From the NCBI RefSeq assembly GCF_031769215.1, contig NW_026782173.1, positions 2,728,001 to 2,792,000 on the forward strand: 64,000 nt of DNA, in the 5' to 3' direction. Every line of letters starts with the position of its first letter. Position 1 is the stretch's first letter. The position numbers and the translations under genes were made by a program. The notes beneath the pieces are model-generated. The model worked only from the letters and a program-made list of their open reading frames with translations, was not told the origin of the DNA and did no database searches. Positions 38,950-52,300 of this stretch are shown here, in pieces. This DNA comes from Ylistrum balloti. Lineage: Eukaryota.

Positions 38950-39056
38950 ATGGCTATTCATCAGTTCATTCTGAAGACCAACTGGGATTTCTAAGAAAAA
39001 ATAAACTCCAAACACCATAAAACTGTTACAGAGTAACATCCCGTAACGCCAACATG
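38950..39056 (-). CDS. MFSD1-like copy 1 exon 2 (CWRYGMLLCNSFMVFGVYFFLEIPVGLQNELMNSH)
   Basis: ttttcag|...|GTAAGT, 107 nt, TM1; homologous to 57982-58088. Confidence 0.9.
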
Positions 39057-39319
39057 CTGAAAATAGAAATGAAATGTCAGCTGTTTGAATTAAACATATC
39101 TTATTGAAAATCATTTACGAATGGATCGGGCACTAGTTATTACAACTTATGATAGCTCTTCTCATTTTTTCCTCAAATTAATTAATAACAAGTACTGTTT
39201 CCTGATTTGATGAAGTGCTGGACATGTGAAAATATTTCAGAATTATTTTCAAGAGACACATAATCATTTATATACATTAACATGTCTGAATCACATGGTG
39301 CAGGTAAATCGATAGCGAT

Positions 39320-40000
39320 CATCAGATGGTGGGCTATTCAAGAGGCCTTGTGTCCGTGGTCCGTCCGCCAGTAAATTATCTTTATTATCGCTTTTTCTTA
39401 AGTGCCGAGTGAATCGTTCTCAAATTGCATATACAGGTCCCCATTGTTTCCTAGTTGTGCCCGTTTGATTTTTGGACTTATCAAAAAAGAAAATGGCTGA
39501 AAGAATGGCCATGTTGGATTTTGACTTTGAAAGATTATTATAACGTTTTCTTGAGATATACGTGATGGATCTTTCTTAAATTTCATATGTATGTTTTCCT
39601 TGATCCCTAGTTGTGCATGTTTGGTTTTGGTACTGATCAGAAAAAAATGCCACACAAGTGGCCATCTTGGAGTTTGATTTCGATAGACTTGTATAGATCC
39701 TTTATGTCCCTAGTTGTACCTGTTTGAGTATGGGATTGCTCAGCAAAACAAAATGGCTTACAGGTAGTCATCTTGGATTTCGTCTTGTCAAGATTGTTAT
39801 TGCTATTTCCAAATTTCCAAAGAAGTACTGAATGGATATCTGTCAAATTTCATACGTATGTTCCCTTTGGTCTCTCCTTCTGGTCATTTGATTTTGGGAC
39901 TGACCAGAAGGAACAAAAAGGCTTCCAGACAGCCATCATTAAATTAAGGTTCGATAAATTCTTAACAGAGCATCTTGTTTTAATATGATTTTCTATTTTT
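39320..40000. mobile_element. HINE/pearl-like non-autonomous element with internal subrepeats
   Basis: Starts catcagatggtgggctattcaa...gtccgtggtccgtccg; internal cctagttgt repeats at about 39450, 39605 and 39708; family assignment from memory. Confidence 0.45.
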
Positions 40001-41659
40001 ACAATACATTATTTTTTTCGTAACTTAAGTTCAAATGATTCTCTATACAATCCCCCATTTGACACCAGAGCTTAATGTAACTCCTAGATGCCTATGACTG
40101 TCTGTCAAATCTAAAACGTTAAAATCGAACTCTAGCAATGCATCTATTTCTCTTCTATTAGTAATAGTTTGTTATATACAATGGCATCTATATATATGTA
40201 CACAGGTATGAGTGTAAGCCATGTCAATAGCTGAATTAAGTGCAGGCCGGAGAGTCTTCATCAGAACAAAATACAGCCGCCGGAAGCGATTTCATTTGTA
40301 TTACTTTGGTAAAGAAGAAATTAGGAGTTTTGAACTTTGAAAAATTAGCTCCCTGACCAAGTCTTAAATATCAAACACGGATATTTTACAAAAATAATAT
40401 GAATTTTTTTTGACCATTGCAGATTTCGATAGGCAATTATATAAAAAAGAAACAAAAGAACACGGAGATACATGCAAAGCTGACAACAATGGTTAAAAAG
40501 CAGATATTTTAGTTTCATTATAAAAGTTGTGAGAGCGAAACCTTTTTTTCGTTCAGACAAAGGCTTAGCGAGGCATACCATCCCGGGGTGTATTGGTAAT
40601 CTGGCACCAGGCGTTGAATGTCAGAGAGATTAGAAGTCTACAATTTTTGGGAGTCGTGTTTTTTTTTTTTTTTTTTTTTGTAAAAAATCGCCCGTCCGTT
40701 GTTCGAAATGATTGATTTTTTTTCTCAGATGACGCAATTTATTAAGTGCAATGGTATGTCGTTTTTTTCGTCAATATTTCTACGATTAGTCTACTGTAGG
40801 CGTTGCTCCGGAGGTGATGATTTGCCAAAGGACATGGCATCTTGAAATGGCGTTCACAGTGATCTTTATATCGAAGGATTTTTCACAAATACAGAATACT
40901 GAATTCAAGGCGTCAAATAATTAACTAATAACCAAAGACGTTGACCCGTCCGGAACACCTGGTCTTACTTATTCTCCTTGTACTTTTTCGAGTCTCGATG
41001 TAAATCTTTCTATTGTTCATATTTTGTCTTGGTTTTATTTAATCTGAGTTTGAATTATGATTAAATGTGGACCTTCAGCAAACAAACAAAAAATAGTCTG
41101 TACACGTGGTGCAGGTACAGTTAGGAAATTTAAGCAAGTACGTCTGGAGTACTGCTCCTATTCTTTAACATTGTTTTCATGCTCGATATTTTCTTTTTCT
41201 AATCGCTCAATTTTTACATTCAAAACATTGTTAATTCCCGCATCGAAGCCTTTAGGACAAGTTCACTTGCTGAGTACTTTGAGGCTTAAATCTGACACTC
41301 AGAAACACGTTTTCTAATTAAGGCACCGTCACTGATTCGAGAAAAGAAACATGTTTTTCAATCAATTGCTTTGTCTCGTCGAGTCTTTTGGATAATAGAC
41401 TCCATCGTACTGGCTACTGGCTGGACCAAATTTGAATAGGTTGGTTGATGAAATGAGGAATGAAAATTGTCTGATGAAATGAGTCATTTATTGATGACGC
41501 AATAAGGCTTGTTTGGAAGAATGATTTCTTGGGGTCGGTCTCGACTGATGGGTCAGCAAATAAACTTTTCATGTTTGAGCGATGCGAACATTAGCGCCTG
41601 TTCCCTTGTTATCGATAAAGATAGTCTAGAGGTCGTTTGGTTCATAATCGATGGCTAGG

Positions 41660-44600
41660 TATACAATTGATGAGTGTGTACTTGTGTAGTAATGTAAACA
41701 AGAGACCATATGGATATCCATGACTATCTGATAAAGATATTGACCCTACTTACAAAAAGACCTGAAGATTTTGAGAGTTGTATTTCCTTCACTATTCAAA
41801 ACAAATGTCAATTACGTGTTATGACTGACGATACGAAAATGTTATGATAGTGTTAGCATACAATAGTCTGGATTTTGATATTTTCATGTAAAGATAATCC
41901 TAGTACAAGACAGAATTTTTCATATATAATTTATTATTATCATATTATCTCCGAAGCATTATAAACTGGCTGATGTATATGTATCAGACGAGGATAATAT
42001 AGGACAGGTTAATAAAAAAAAGAATCATTTGGATCTACATACATAGCTGAAAAGGATGCATTGTGTTAATTTATAAATATTTGATTGTTTTAACACAATT
42101 TGTTTTGACTCCTGCCCTTTACGGCCCTCGAACTCACTATCTCCGGCACCAAATGGTCTCGCCAACAAATTCTACAGCTGCCTTACAATTGCACCACACT
42201 GACATCCCCAAAAATGGATGTATGGAAGTTGCAGTGAATAGACAAGTAAACAATATCGACATGATCGTAGACACAAATTGTCTAGTATGTTATATGAACA
42301 CTAGATCACAATGTATATATGAAAATTTATCTGAACAAACATCATAAGCGGTCCAATTACGACAATTAATGACACGTTCTGGTATCCCTTTCTAAATTAA
42401 TAGATGACGAACCAAACAAAAATACACTTTGATTTCACGCGTCACGGCAACTCAAATCATTCATATATACTAGTCTAAGAAAAGGAGGCTGGGAAAACCT
42501 ATGATTATGTTGTCATGTTGGCATTTTCTTGTTTATTTTTGCGGACGTTTGTGTGCGAGAGAGACGGGACATTGTGAACTAAGCACATCATTATATCATT
42601 TTAGAATAAAATATAGAATTTTGAACTATTGCTACTAAAACTTTTAAATAAAAATAACATTCGTACTTTTTCAAAGTTTAAAAACATACATTCCGAGCTC
42701 AAAACAGGCATAATCACACCCCTATCTACGACAATAGAATAGAAAAGACACCAATTGTTTTCTTCCATACCATCAATATATGTCGGTTTTTTCTTCACAA
42801 CGACAAACACGTTTAAATAAGATAAAGATCAGCCTATTGGAGGATAGTGTTAAGTACCTATATTTCATGGATCGATGATAAAGATATGTAGCCACGAGCA
42901 CTGTACACTACTGTAGTAAGTAAAAAAATACCCTTATCATTAAAAAACATAGTAAGTAAGAATATCCTACCTCCCTTTTCGACACAGTTATCAAATGTAA
43001 TAGTGTAAGTGTATGAAAAATTTCCTGGAGATGGAACGTTGTAAATATTATCTGAACATCGTTTCTTTTGTTTGTTCACTGGAATAGAATGGCCCATATA
43101 TATCTCCTATCTGTAGAATGTAGATCCTTAAATGAACCTTGAAATGCTAATAAAGATTATGATATTAACCTTACTTTACATCCTAATTTAATAACACTCG
43201 AATTAAAAAAGTAAACTAATTTAGTTTGCCATTATTCCCAGGAAACAAAAATATCTAGCTGTCGTTAGTAACTTGTGTTATACAGTGACTTACCGGGAAG
43301 GAAAAGTGTTCGTTTACGATATAAAATGCAGGGTAAATAAATGAGAAATATTTTGTATTTCAGTTCTTTGCATGCATGTATATATGTGATATAATGGTAT
43401 ACAAGTAAGATAAAGTCATATTTGTGAAGTTCCAGCTATAACCTCTGATGGTTTGAGGGTAGTGGTGACATGTACCCTATAAAAACCATAAATACAGTCC
43501 TGTGTGGACACGAAAACTATATATACAGTCCTATGTAGGCAAGACAACTATCTATTAGTCCTCTTTGGGACAATCAATCGCTGAAAAGTTCAACGTAATA
43601 TGTCTGATGCCAAGCTGCATAACATTCAAATTCTGAGTTTGGAATGTCGTTACATCGGATTTTCTGTCAATTTCATACACATGTATTAACATTATACCGT
43701 ACGGAATAAGTAAGATTCACATTCTCACCCCATATAACAACACACAAGTGAATATAGTATTACTTTAGTATGTTATATCTATAACCTATATCGAAGCAAA
43801 CATTCGTCTTTATTAGTAAGGTAAAATGTAGGCTTTCACCGACATTATGACACGAAATTACTGTTAAAATAAAAAGAAATAAGTGGAAAATCAACATCGA
43901 AGGATCATGAGTCTGCGAATTCACGTGTTCTTAGTTTTAACATCTGTTACTCTTCTGTAATTACTTTTTGGTATTGCATATACTATAATTACACCAATGT
44001 TATGTTGAATATATTCTATAATTTCGGCTGCTCAGTTTTGAAGGCATAAAGGTGTTTTATAACAGAGGTACACGGTAAACAAAGGTTAATGTACAGACAC
44101 ATGACGGCACGTGTATTCAGTTGAATGCGTACTTATGTCGTAACGTAAACAAGAGACCATTTGGATATCCGGGATTATCTGATAAAGATATTGACCCTAC
44201 ATACAATTCAGCAGTAAACTCATATAGACTAAATTACTTGAAGATTTTGAGAGTTGTATTTCCTTCACTATTCAAAACAAATATCAATTACGTGTTTTGA
44301 CTAACGATACGAAAATATTACAAAAGCGTTAGCATACAATAGTCTGGATTTTGATATTTTCATGTAAAAATATTCCTAGTACAAGACAGAATTTTTCATA
44401 CATAATTTATTATTATAGTATTATCTCCGAAGCATTATAAACTGGCTGATGTATATATATCAAACGCGGATAATATAGGACAGGTTAATAAAAAAACAAT
44501 TATTCGTATCTCCATACATAGCTGTAAAGGATGCATTGTGTTGATTATAAATATTTGATTGTTTTAACACAATTTGTTTTGACTCCTGCCCTTTACGGCC

Positions 44601-45783
44601 CTCGAACTCACTATCTCCGGCACCAAATGGTCTCGCCAACAAATTCTACAGCTGCCTTACAATTGCACCACACTGACATCCCCAAAAATGGATGTATGGA
44701 AGTTGCAGTGAATAGACAAGTAAACAATATCGACATGATCGTAGACAAAAATTGTCTAGTATGTTATATGAACACTAGATCACAATGTATATATGAAAAT
44801 TGATCTGAACAAATATCATACGAGGTCCAATTACGACAATTAATGACACGTTCTGGTATCCCTTTCTAAATTAATAGATGACGAACCAAACAAAAATACA
44901 CTTTGATTTCACGCGTCACGGCAACTCAAATCATGCATATATACTAGTCTAAGAAAAGGAGGCTGGGAAAACCTATGATTATGTTGTCATGTTGGCATTT
45001 TCTTGTTTATTTTTGCGGACGTCTGTGTGCGAGAGAGACGGGACATTGTGAACTAAGCACATCATTATATTATTTTAGAATAAAATGTAGAATTTTGAAC
45101 TATTGCTACTAAAACTTTTAAATAAAAATAACATTCGTACTTTTTCAAAGTTTAAAAACACACATTCCGAGCTCAAAACAGGCATAATCACACCCCTATC
45201 TACGACAATAGAATAGAAAAGACACCAATTGTTGTCTTTTTTACCATCAATATATGTAGGTTTTTTCTTCACAACGACAAACACGTTTAAATAAGATAAA
45301 GATCAGCCTATTGGAGGATAGTGTTAAGTACCTAAATTTCATGGATCGATGATAAAGATATGTAGCCACGAACACAGTACACTACTGTAGTAAGTAAAAA
45401 AAATACCCTTATCATTAAAAAACATAGTAAGTAAGAATATCCTACCTCCCTTTTCGACACAGTTATCAAATGTAATAGTGTAAGTGTATGAAAAATTTCC
45501 TGGAGATGGAACGTTGTAAATATTATCTGAACATCGTTTCTTTTGTTTGTTCACTGGAATAGAATGGCTCATATATATCTCCTATCTGTAGAATGTAGAT
45601 CCTTAAAGGAACTTTGAAATGCAAATAAAAATTATGATATTAACCTTACTTTAGATCATAATTTAATAACACTCGAATTAAAAAAGTAAACTAATTAAGT
45701 TCGCCATTATTCCCAGGAAACAAAAATATCTAGCTGTCGTTAGTAACTTATTTTGTTTTGTGTCATAGAGTGACTTACCGGGA
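41660..45783. repeat. Local duplication of about 1.6 kb (41660-43298 and 44110-45783) in copy 1 intron 1
   Basis: Long near-identical blocks; duplicated ORFs 42063/44531, 42601/45075 and 42858/45339; homology ends at gtgacttaccggga in both copies. Confidence 0.95.
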
Positions 45784-45821
45784 GCGGCGCGCGCTTGAGA
45801 CACACTTGATTCTTTCAACAT
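45779..45821 (-). CDS. MFSD1-like copy 1 putative first coding exon (MLKESSVSQARAAP)
   Basis: First ATG after an in-frame stop; phase-1 donor CCG|GTAAGT matches the phase-1 start of exon 2. Confidence 0.6.
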
Positions 45822-46126
45822 CTCTCCAATAGCAAGATCATCCAAGGCCCCCCTCGGCTGTCTAACTTATCGCTATATCATCTACTGAGTGAAAACGATG
45901 GGAAGTAACTCTGGGAGATCAGAACGTAACATGATTTGCTTAAAAAAAAGATATCTAGTAAACATAACGTCTTTAATTATACTCACAATGTACACATTAA
46001 CTTGTCACATCACTCATCACTACAACAATTCACAGACATCCGTTGGTCATTAACTTCGCCCTTTATAGGTTTTAAACAAGATTTCGGCATAATCTTCTAC
46101 ATATGTAGATTTCCTCGCCGTTTATT

Positions 46127-46490
46127 TACTTTACAACTAACTGTAACTACTCCCCACTACATTGTATCGAGAATGTATTTATTTTAGTTACTTTACAACT
46201 AACTTTAACTACTCCCCACTACATTGTATCGGGAATGTATTTATTTTAGTTACTTTACAACTAATTCTAACTACTCCCCACTACATTGTATCGAGAATGT
46301 ATTTATTTTAGTTACTTTACAACTAACTTTAACTACTCCCCACTACATTGTATCGGGAATGTATTTATTTTAGTTACTTTACAACTAACTGTAACTACTC
46401 CCCACTACATTGTATCGAGAATGTATTTATTTTAGTTACTTTACAACTAACTTTAACTACTCTCCACTACATTGTATCGAGAATGCGTTG
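46127..46490. repeat. 62-bp minisatellite, about 6 copies
   Basis: tttacaactaactgtaactactccccactacattgtatcgagaatgtatttattttagttac. Confidence 0.97.
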
Positions 46491-47899
46491 ATTTTCACAA
46501 CTAATGTATTGATCTACATTACTTTAGAATTAACCAGGAATTTTTCTCTACGAAGTTTAAACTACCGGTAAATAAAGCATGGTCCGAAACTTTAATTTTT
46601 GAGCATTGTGTGGATGCAGAAGTTCAGAGATAGAGGTAAGTAGCACGTGGTTTAGAGCTTCAATTTATCGATTTTTATATAGATTGATTGGAAACTGCTA
46701 TTCAGATCTATCGGTAACTGATTGATATCGATTGATTTAATCATCGATTTGATCTTGATTGATTAGATGATAATTTTTGTTGATCGGGAATTGCAACTTA
46801 CTCATGGAGTCATTGACTCAATCAGTCTCATTAATACTAGGAAGTTGTAGCAAAACATATGCCTTCAATAAATCTATTGAGTAGATTTGATCGTTTTAGT
46901 TTCCTTTGTATCGGAGATAAATATCTTTTCACAACAGGTTGAAAGGTGGGGTCAACATTTGGCCCCCACATAGATTTCTATTATTTTTTTTCCGCCATAT
47001 GTAGATACATGAAAATAACCTACAACCGCATAAATAAATAGTCATTATAACTACTTATAGTCATACTGGACCTTCTTGTATAACAAAGGTACCCTAACAT
47101 AATGACAAATACTTGCTGCATGAAAATATTTATATACAAGCCTAAAGTACATCAAATGACCGTTATTATGATACCACATATGTTATATTGGCATAAAAAT
47201 GTAAGCATATTGATAACTTTGATTTAAAAAAATGCAACATTTTCGCAAAATAAGGAATATATCAAAGTTTGTCAAGTTCATTTCGTATAGTTTCAATCTC
47301 AGTCTATATTTCATGCTTCTTTAAAAACTTTCTACGTATATATGCTGTCTATTGAATAAATTCGAAGTGGTTTCAAAAGCGGTAAAATATATTTTGAAGA
47401 TATGATTTTCATTGTTTTTGTGCCAAATACTACTGTTTTTCCAATTTTGTGTGGTACCAAATCACATTAAGTATTTTCTATTTGTTTTAAAATCAAATTT
47501 AGGATGTATAACCTAACATGGTGTTTTCTGCACTAGAAATCTCTCCTCTAAAGAACAACTAACAGTTTAGTTTGTATCATAAAAACTTAACAATGATTAA
47601 ATAATCAGTATTACTGATAACATGTTATCATCATTCCACTTTTCTTCGTTTATCATTAAACATCACAATAATGTATATAAATTAGTTGTATGTTCTAATT
47701 AATAAATGAAACCAGAAATGATAACCTTGTCTGACACCTGAATGTGCAAGTATGTAAATTTCCTGAAACATCTAAAGGTATAACTATAAAGTATTCATAC
47801 CAAGTATCTGTAGACAATTACATGGACAATGTTACACTTATGTGAGGCATTCTGTATTCAATTCAAATTACTTCAAATCTTCCATCAAGTTTACTAATA

Positions 47900-48260
47900 A
47901 TCATGTCAGAGTGCAGATGAACCTGACCTTTCTAGGTGCAACAAGGCCAACTGGGTGAAACCTGATGCCTGTTCAATAGAGTTTCCAGTACTGAATATGG
48001 AATATTTATAACCAGTAACCTGCAGATCATACCAGTTGAAAGTAGCACCCAGATATATTGCTGAGCATCTGATTCCTGCTGGAGACTCTGAATCTATCAG
48101 CATGATGAAAATCTTCTCTGAGGCCAAACCCATTCAAGGCGCAGTCAAAATACAATGTTTGGATTGCGTTATAAAATAAATGATCAAGATGACCCTGTCA
48201 AAGATCACTACTGTGTCTGTCCAGCGGGCAAGCGAACTGTTGGAATGGATTTCCAACTGC
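47900..48260 (+). mobile_element. DNA-transposon protein remnant with SWIM-type Zn finger (ISL2EU/Harbinger-like)
   Basis: Broken frames read FPVLNMEYL*PVTCRSYQLKVAPRYIAEHL, KYNVWI and DHYCVCPAGKRTVG (cf. YCxCxxGxRTVGCCAH). Confidence 0.55.
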
Positions 48261-49172
48261 TATTGATAACTCTGAATTAAAAGTTAAAAATAATTACACT
48301 TTACCTCTTAATTACCAACGTAGAATAGAAAGTTTATTTTCTTTTTAAATTAATATTAATTTATGGTATTTTTTTCCACTGATGGTGAACAAAGGTAGGT
48401 AGTCCCTCACAGAAGCACTGATGTAGTGAGTAATTCAACCAAGACATTAAGTAATGTACAAATAAACCTTTTAAAAAGCAAGTTAAGATTATAATTATCA
48501 CACATAAAAAAATTCCGTTCAAGCTCGTTAAATTGATGACAGCCATTTTTTTAAACAATATAATCATATAATTATGTCCCTGAGTTTAACTACATTTAAT
48601 TTGAAAAAAAAAACATAAACCGTTTGAAACATGCGGTATTCATTTTATTGTGTTCTCCTGTGCATCATTAACATTTGTGGATTGTTTGTAGTCAAATTAA
48701 TTTACAACTGTTAATATCATTTCAAGCAGATGACAAGTGAAGCGTTCTTTGTGTAACGATGTGCTAGACTGGTTTTATCGCCAAGTGTAAGTGGTACACA
48801 ATAAATATGGAAATCGAATAAATAAAAAAAAAAATAACAAAAATTAGATAAACAAACCTATCCCTTTAAACGTTGCTATAACACTATAATTCAAACCTCT
48901 GCAAGGACAAAAAGATGTATAAGAAAGGGAAAATATTTAACATTAATATTATACAGCGCTCCGTCTACGGGGTTTTCTATTGTACTCCAAATCATCAGAT
49001 ACGATCTTAATGGTATAATGGACCTAGGTAATATATAAAACTGATATTGGGTATAAAAACAGACGAGAAAATGTGGACAGTTGGAATTGAAATCAAACAT
49101 GATAAACTAAATAGTATTTTCACAAACACGCGGATCAAGTGATAAAAGGTATATTTTGATGCTTTCCCTGTT

Positions 49173-49325
49173 TCAATCAGTAGTAATATTACTTTCCATT
49201 GGAGACTCCTCCATTACATTGTTTATATCACAGTACTTGTTGGACGATTCAGTACTAGACATTAATCCTATAGATTCTGTATTGGATAGTTGCCATCTGC
49301 GTATTCTGGAATTCAAAGTGTAGGC
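49173..49325 (-). CDS. MFSD1-like copy 2 terminal exon 13 (AYTLNSRIRRWQLSNTESIGLM...TTD*)
   Basis: atttcag| acceptor, 50 codons plus TGA. Confidence 0.88.
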   Translation of the reverse strand, partial: AYTLNSRIRRWQLSNTESIGLMSSTESSNKYCDINNVMEESPMESNITTD

Positions 49326-52300
49326 CTGAAATAAAAGCCAAATATAACATATATGAATTAACGTTAACATGAATTTGGATATCTAGGGAAACGCCCACTG
49401 CAGTATGTTATTAAGTCCTGAATTTATCCTTAAAATCAGCGCCATCAACCTCATACTTTAAAACATTATATAATTTTAGGTACGAGATTTCTATTAGGAT
49501 TATATTGCATGTAATGTAAACAGCAGAAGATAGAATCTACAAATTTGTCGAACATTGGTCAATACGGATACAAATCTACAAAACAAGAGATTGAAGTGCG
49601 ATACGATATGAATTTTATTAATTAGTATATGATCAAAGCCCCTTCTTATCTGGGCTTTAAAGTGAAATCTTGAATTCAAATTTTGAAAACACCTTTCGGA
49701 CATCCAGTGCGTTCATCATGGCTCCACAGACCACTGCCGTGCAGGACATTATTATCAACATCAAGAAGAAATACTGGTATCTGCGCAGTTCCACCTCTTT
49801 CTCAATGCTATGAAATATTAAGTGTATAAAAACCGACATTTAACATAACGGTCATGTTAAGCGTTAAATTTGAGACGAATTCAAGAAAATATCATTCTAT
49901 TATTGCTGGGCACAAATTAAAGCATTTCTTTGTAAATGGTATGGTATTAATATACTGAACATTCGACGACTTATTTTCAATACACTTACATATCGCCTTT
50001 CTCTAATAGATATCCAGATGCAACCAACGCCAGGGATGTAATGATGTTAACCATTACGTACATCACTCCCCCAAGAGTACCCACATATTTTGGTGGAGAC
50101 AAAGCCACGAGAAGCTGCCACATCATAACCTAATATAAAAATGGCAGATTATGTTTACAACGATATGCTGTGGTACTACATATACATGGTAACTGAACAG
50201 TTACAAGACATTAGGACATTTCCGTTGAGATTCTCAAGCTTTACTCATCAACATTATGTGTATATATCAATTTGATCTATTTTACAGCAATTGCAAAACA
50301 ATCAAAAGGAGCGTTGTGAATGAAAATTAGTTTGTCAGTTTCGAGTTCATTAGCGAAGAAAAACACGAAATTTTACCCAAATGTTATAAAAAAATCTTTC
50401 ATTAGTGAAATGAGGGACAAAAAAAGAACAATTAACGCCTTGATTAACGACCAAGTTAATGGAATTAAAGATAATGTATTCTCGGAGCGACACCTGCTGG
50501 GGAAATCTTGGTAGTCCAAAGTTAGTTATGTTAACCATGAGAAACAAACCTAAAGCAGGTTACTATGACAAACTAAATATTAAACATATCTTCATAACAT
50601 ACAAGGAATAACGTTATATCCCGATATGATCATGATAGTGACTATACAAAATCCATGTAGTCTTAATCTCTTAGGACACTGACTTACAAATCACAGAAGT
50701 GGGGTATTGGAAACAAGCCAATGAAATTAGGACATATAAACATTGCTGATTGGTGAAGCATCAAGAAATAAAAAAGTCACGGTAGGCAATCAAAGTGATC
50801 ATGCTTATACATCGTAGCCACGGTGGGCTACCTCGTCAATACCTACATCATGTACCTAAAAGAAAACAGATAATTGACGATGACATTCTGCACTTTATCT
50901 CCTTAGGTGAAATTCATCGTTTCCTCATAAAAGTTTATTTCTTACCTGCATTATTCTTTGTCGTTGTACAAAATATTTGAAAGATGCTGTTTATCTCGGG
51001 TCGTACAATACTGAGGTGTTTTTGACTAAACACGAGTTTACAACGGGAATACCCTCGTTATATAAAATATCCAATTGTAGCCACGAGTATACTCAGTCAA
51101 ATGTGACTTACCAATCCATATCAATGTATTTGTTAACGCCAAGTACGATTGCCATAACTTTCTTTTCTCTTCATATGATCGTATCGATATTTCCATGGTC
51201 ATATATTTTATCCTTACCGTAAGAATAGTAATACCTATTCCATCTCCTATGCCAATAATGATAACGCTAACACCGGGACAGAATCCAATTAAGGCGTAGA
51301 ATGGCACCATCCACATTAGAAAAGTCATGGTCATAATTCCGTCACAGTCGATATTCTTCTGTAATAGAATCAAATCGTCAAAACAAATAATGAAAAATGT
51401 TACCATTTGTCAAGGTGTTAAAGATGAACTGCCAAAAATGATGGGAAAAAGGCTTTCAAATGAACTAATAAATAATGATATATCTGAAAGGTAAGTCTTA
51501 AATTGTATGATTTCTTTGTTGTATTCCGTTATAGAAAAAATGCTTGTGTTTCTTCAGAAACTTAGAGCTTTTGACCTGTGGTTCTTTCGCAAATCGGAAC
51601 CAAATTGTCCGTTTCTATTCACCTTGATAAGCATTCGTTTTGTCTTCATACGGATGAAACAAAATTGAATCAATCATGACAAATAATCATGAGGGAATGC
51701 AACCATTTAAATAGAGTTATTACGGAAGGTTTACAGTTCCTGGTAGATTAGTTATATTACTTACCAGTACTGAACATAAAACGGGACTCAGTAACAACAT
51801 AAGTGATGATATACCGGTTATGTAACTCGCTTCGCTCATGGTATAGCCATATCGTAACTGCAAATAGTCTCTGTAATGATAGAACTTCACGATAGTTTAA
51901 CATGGACTTTACAATACTGATTTATTAATTGTAAACATCCTACACGTACACTCGAAAGACATCACTAAATTATGTAATCATATTTGATTACCTTATCGGT
52001 GGAATATGATGTTTAAAAATATATTGAATTCCACGGAAGTTTATGTGTCGCCTGCCCAGCAAGATTTCTGGAGATGTGTTATATGGAACAATAGCCATAG
52101 ATATTCATTGTATTCATATCATTTGTAAAATTTGTCCATTTGTTTGAGATGTGATGAATAAACCCGCAGATTAAAAGCATTGTGTCGAAGGGAATTCCAA
52201 GCAAGCACTTCTGATAAGGAACTCTGTATGATGTTTGAGGTAGATCGGACAAAGTGTACTCAAGTTATCGCGATTAAAGAAACAATTTCCTATTTATAGT

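Larger units (their letters stand above)
26281..45821 (-). pseudogene. MFSD1-like: MFSD1-like MFS transporter copy 1; 13 exons, single 1-nt deletion frameshift in exon 10 (recent pseudogene, null allele or assembly error)
   Basis: Exons 45821-45779, 39056-38950, 37059-36953, 34743-34688, 33026-32877, 32564-32412, 32115-32009, 31672-31572, 29647-29542, 29171-29032, 28632-28493, 27622-27508 and 26430-26281 total 1475 nt (one short of 492 codons). Motifs match remembered MFSD1 sequence: WRYGMLLCNSFMVFGVYFFLEIP, RYNLLFS, GIILDKLG, GYGMLAFGDMSL..Q, LMLRYGY, CPASHVGTLGG, GNLN. Exon 1 is the least certain. Confidence 0.85.

Noticed and set aside
42063-45572. Paired ORFs of 69-94 aa
   Set aside because: They are paired only because of the intronic duplication; no family similarity, and stops differ between copies.
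51038-51217. Read-through of copy 2 exon 10 to a later GTAAGT donor near 51110
   Set aside because: No homology to MFSD1 or copy 1; the copy 1 donor matches 51218 and exon 11 follows in phase.
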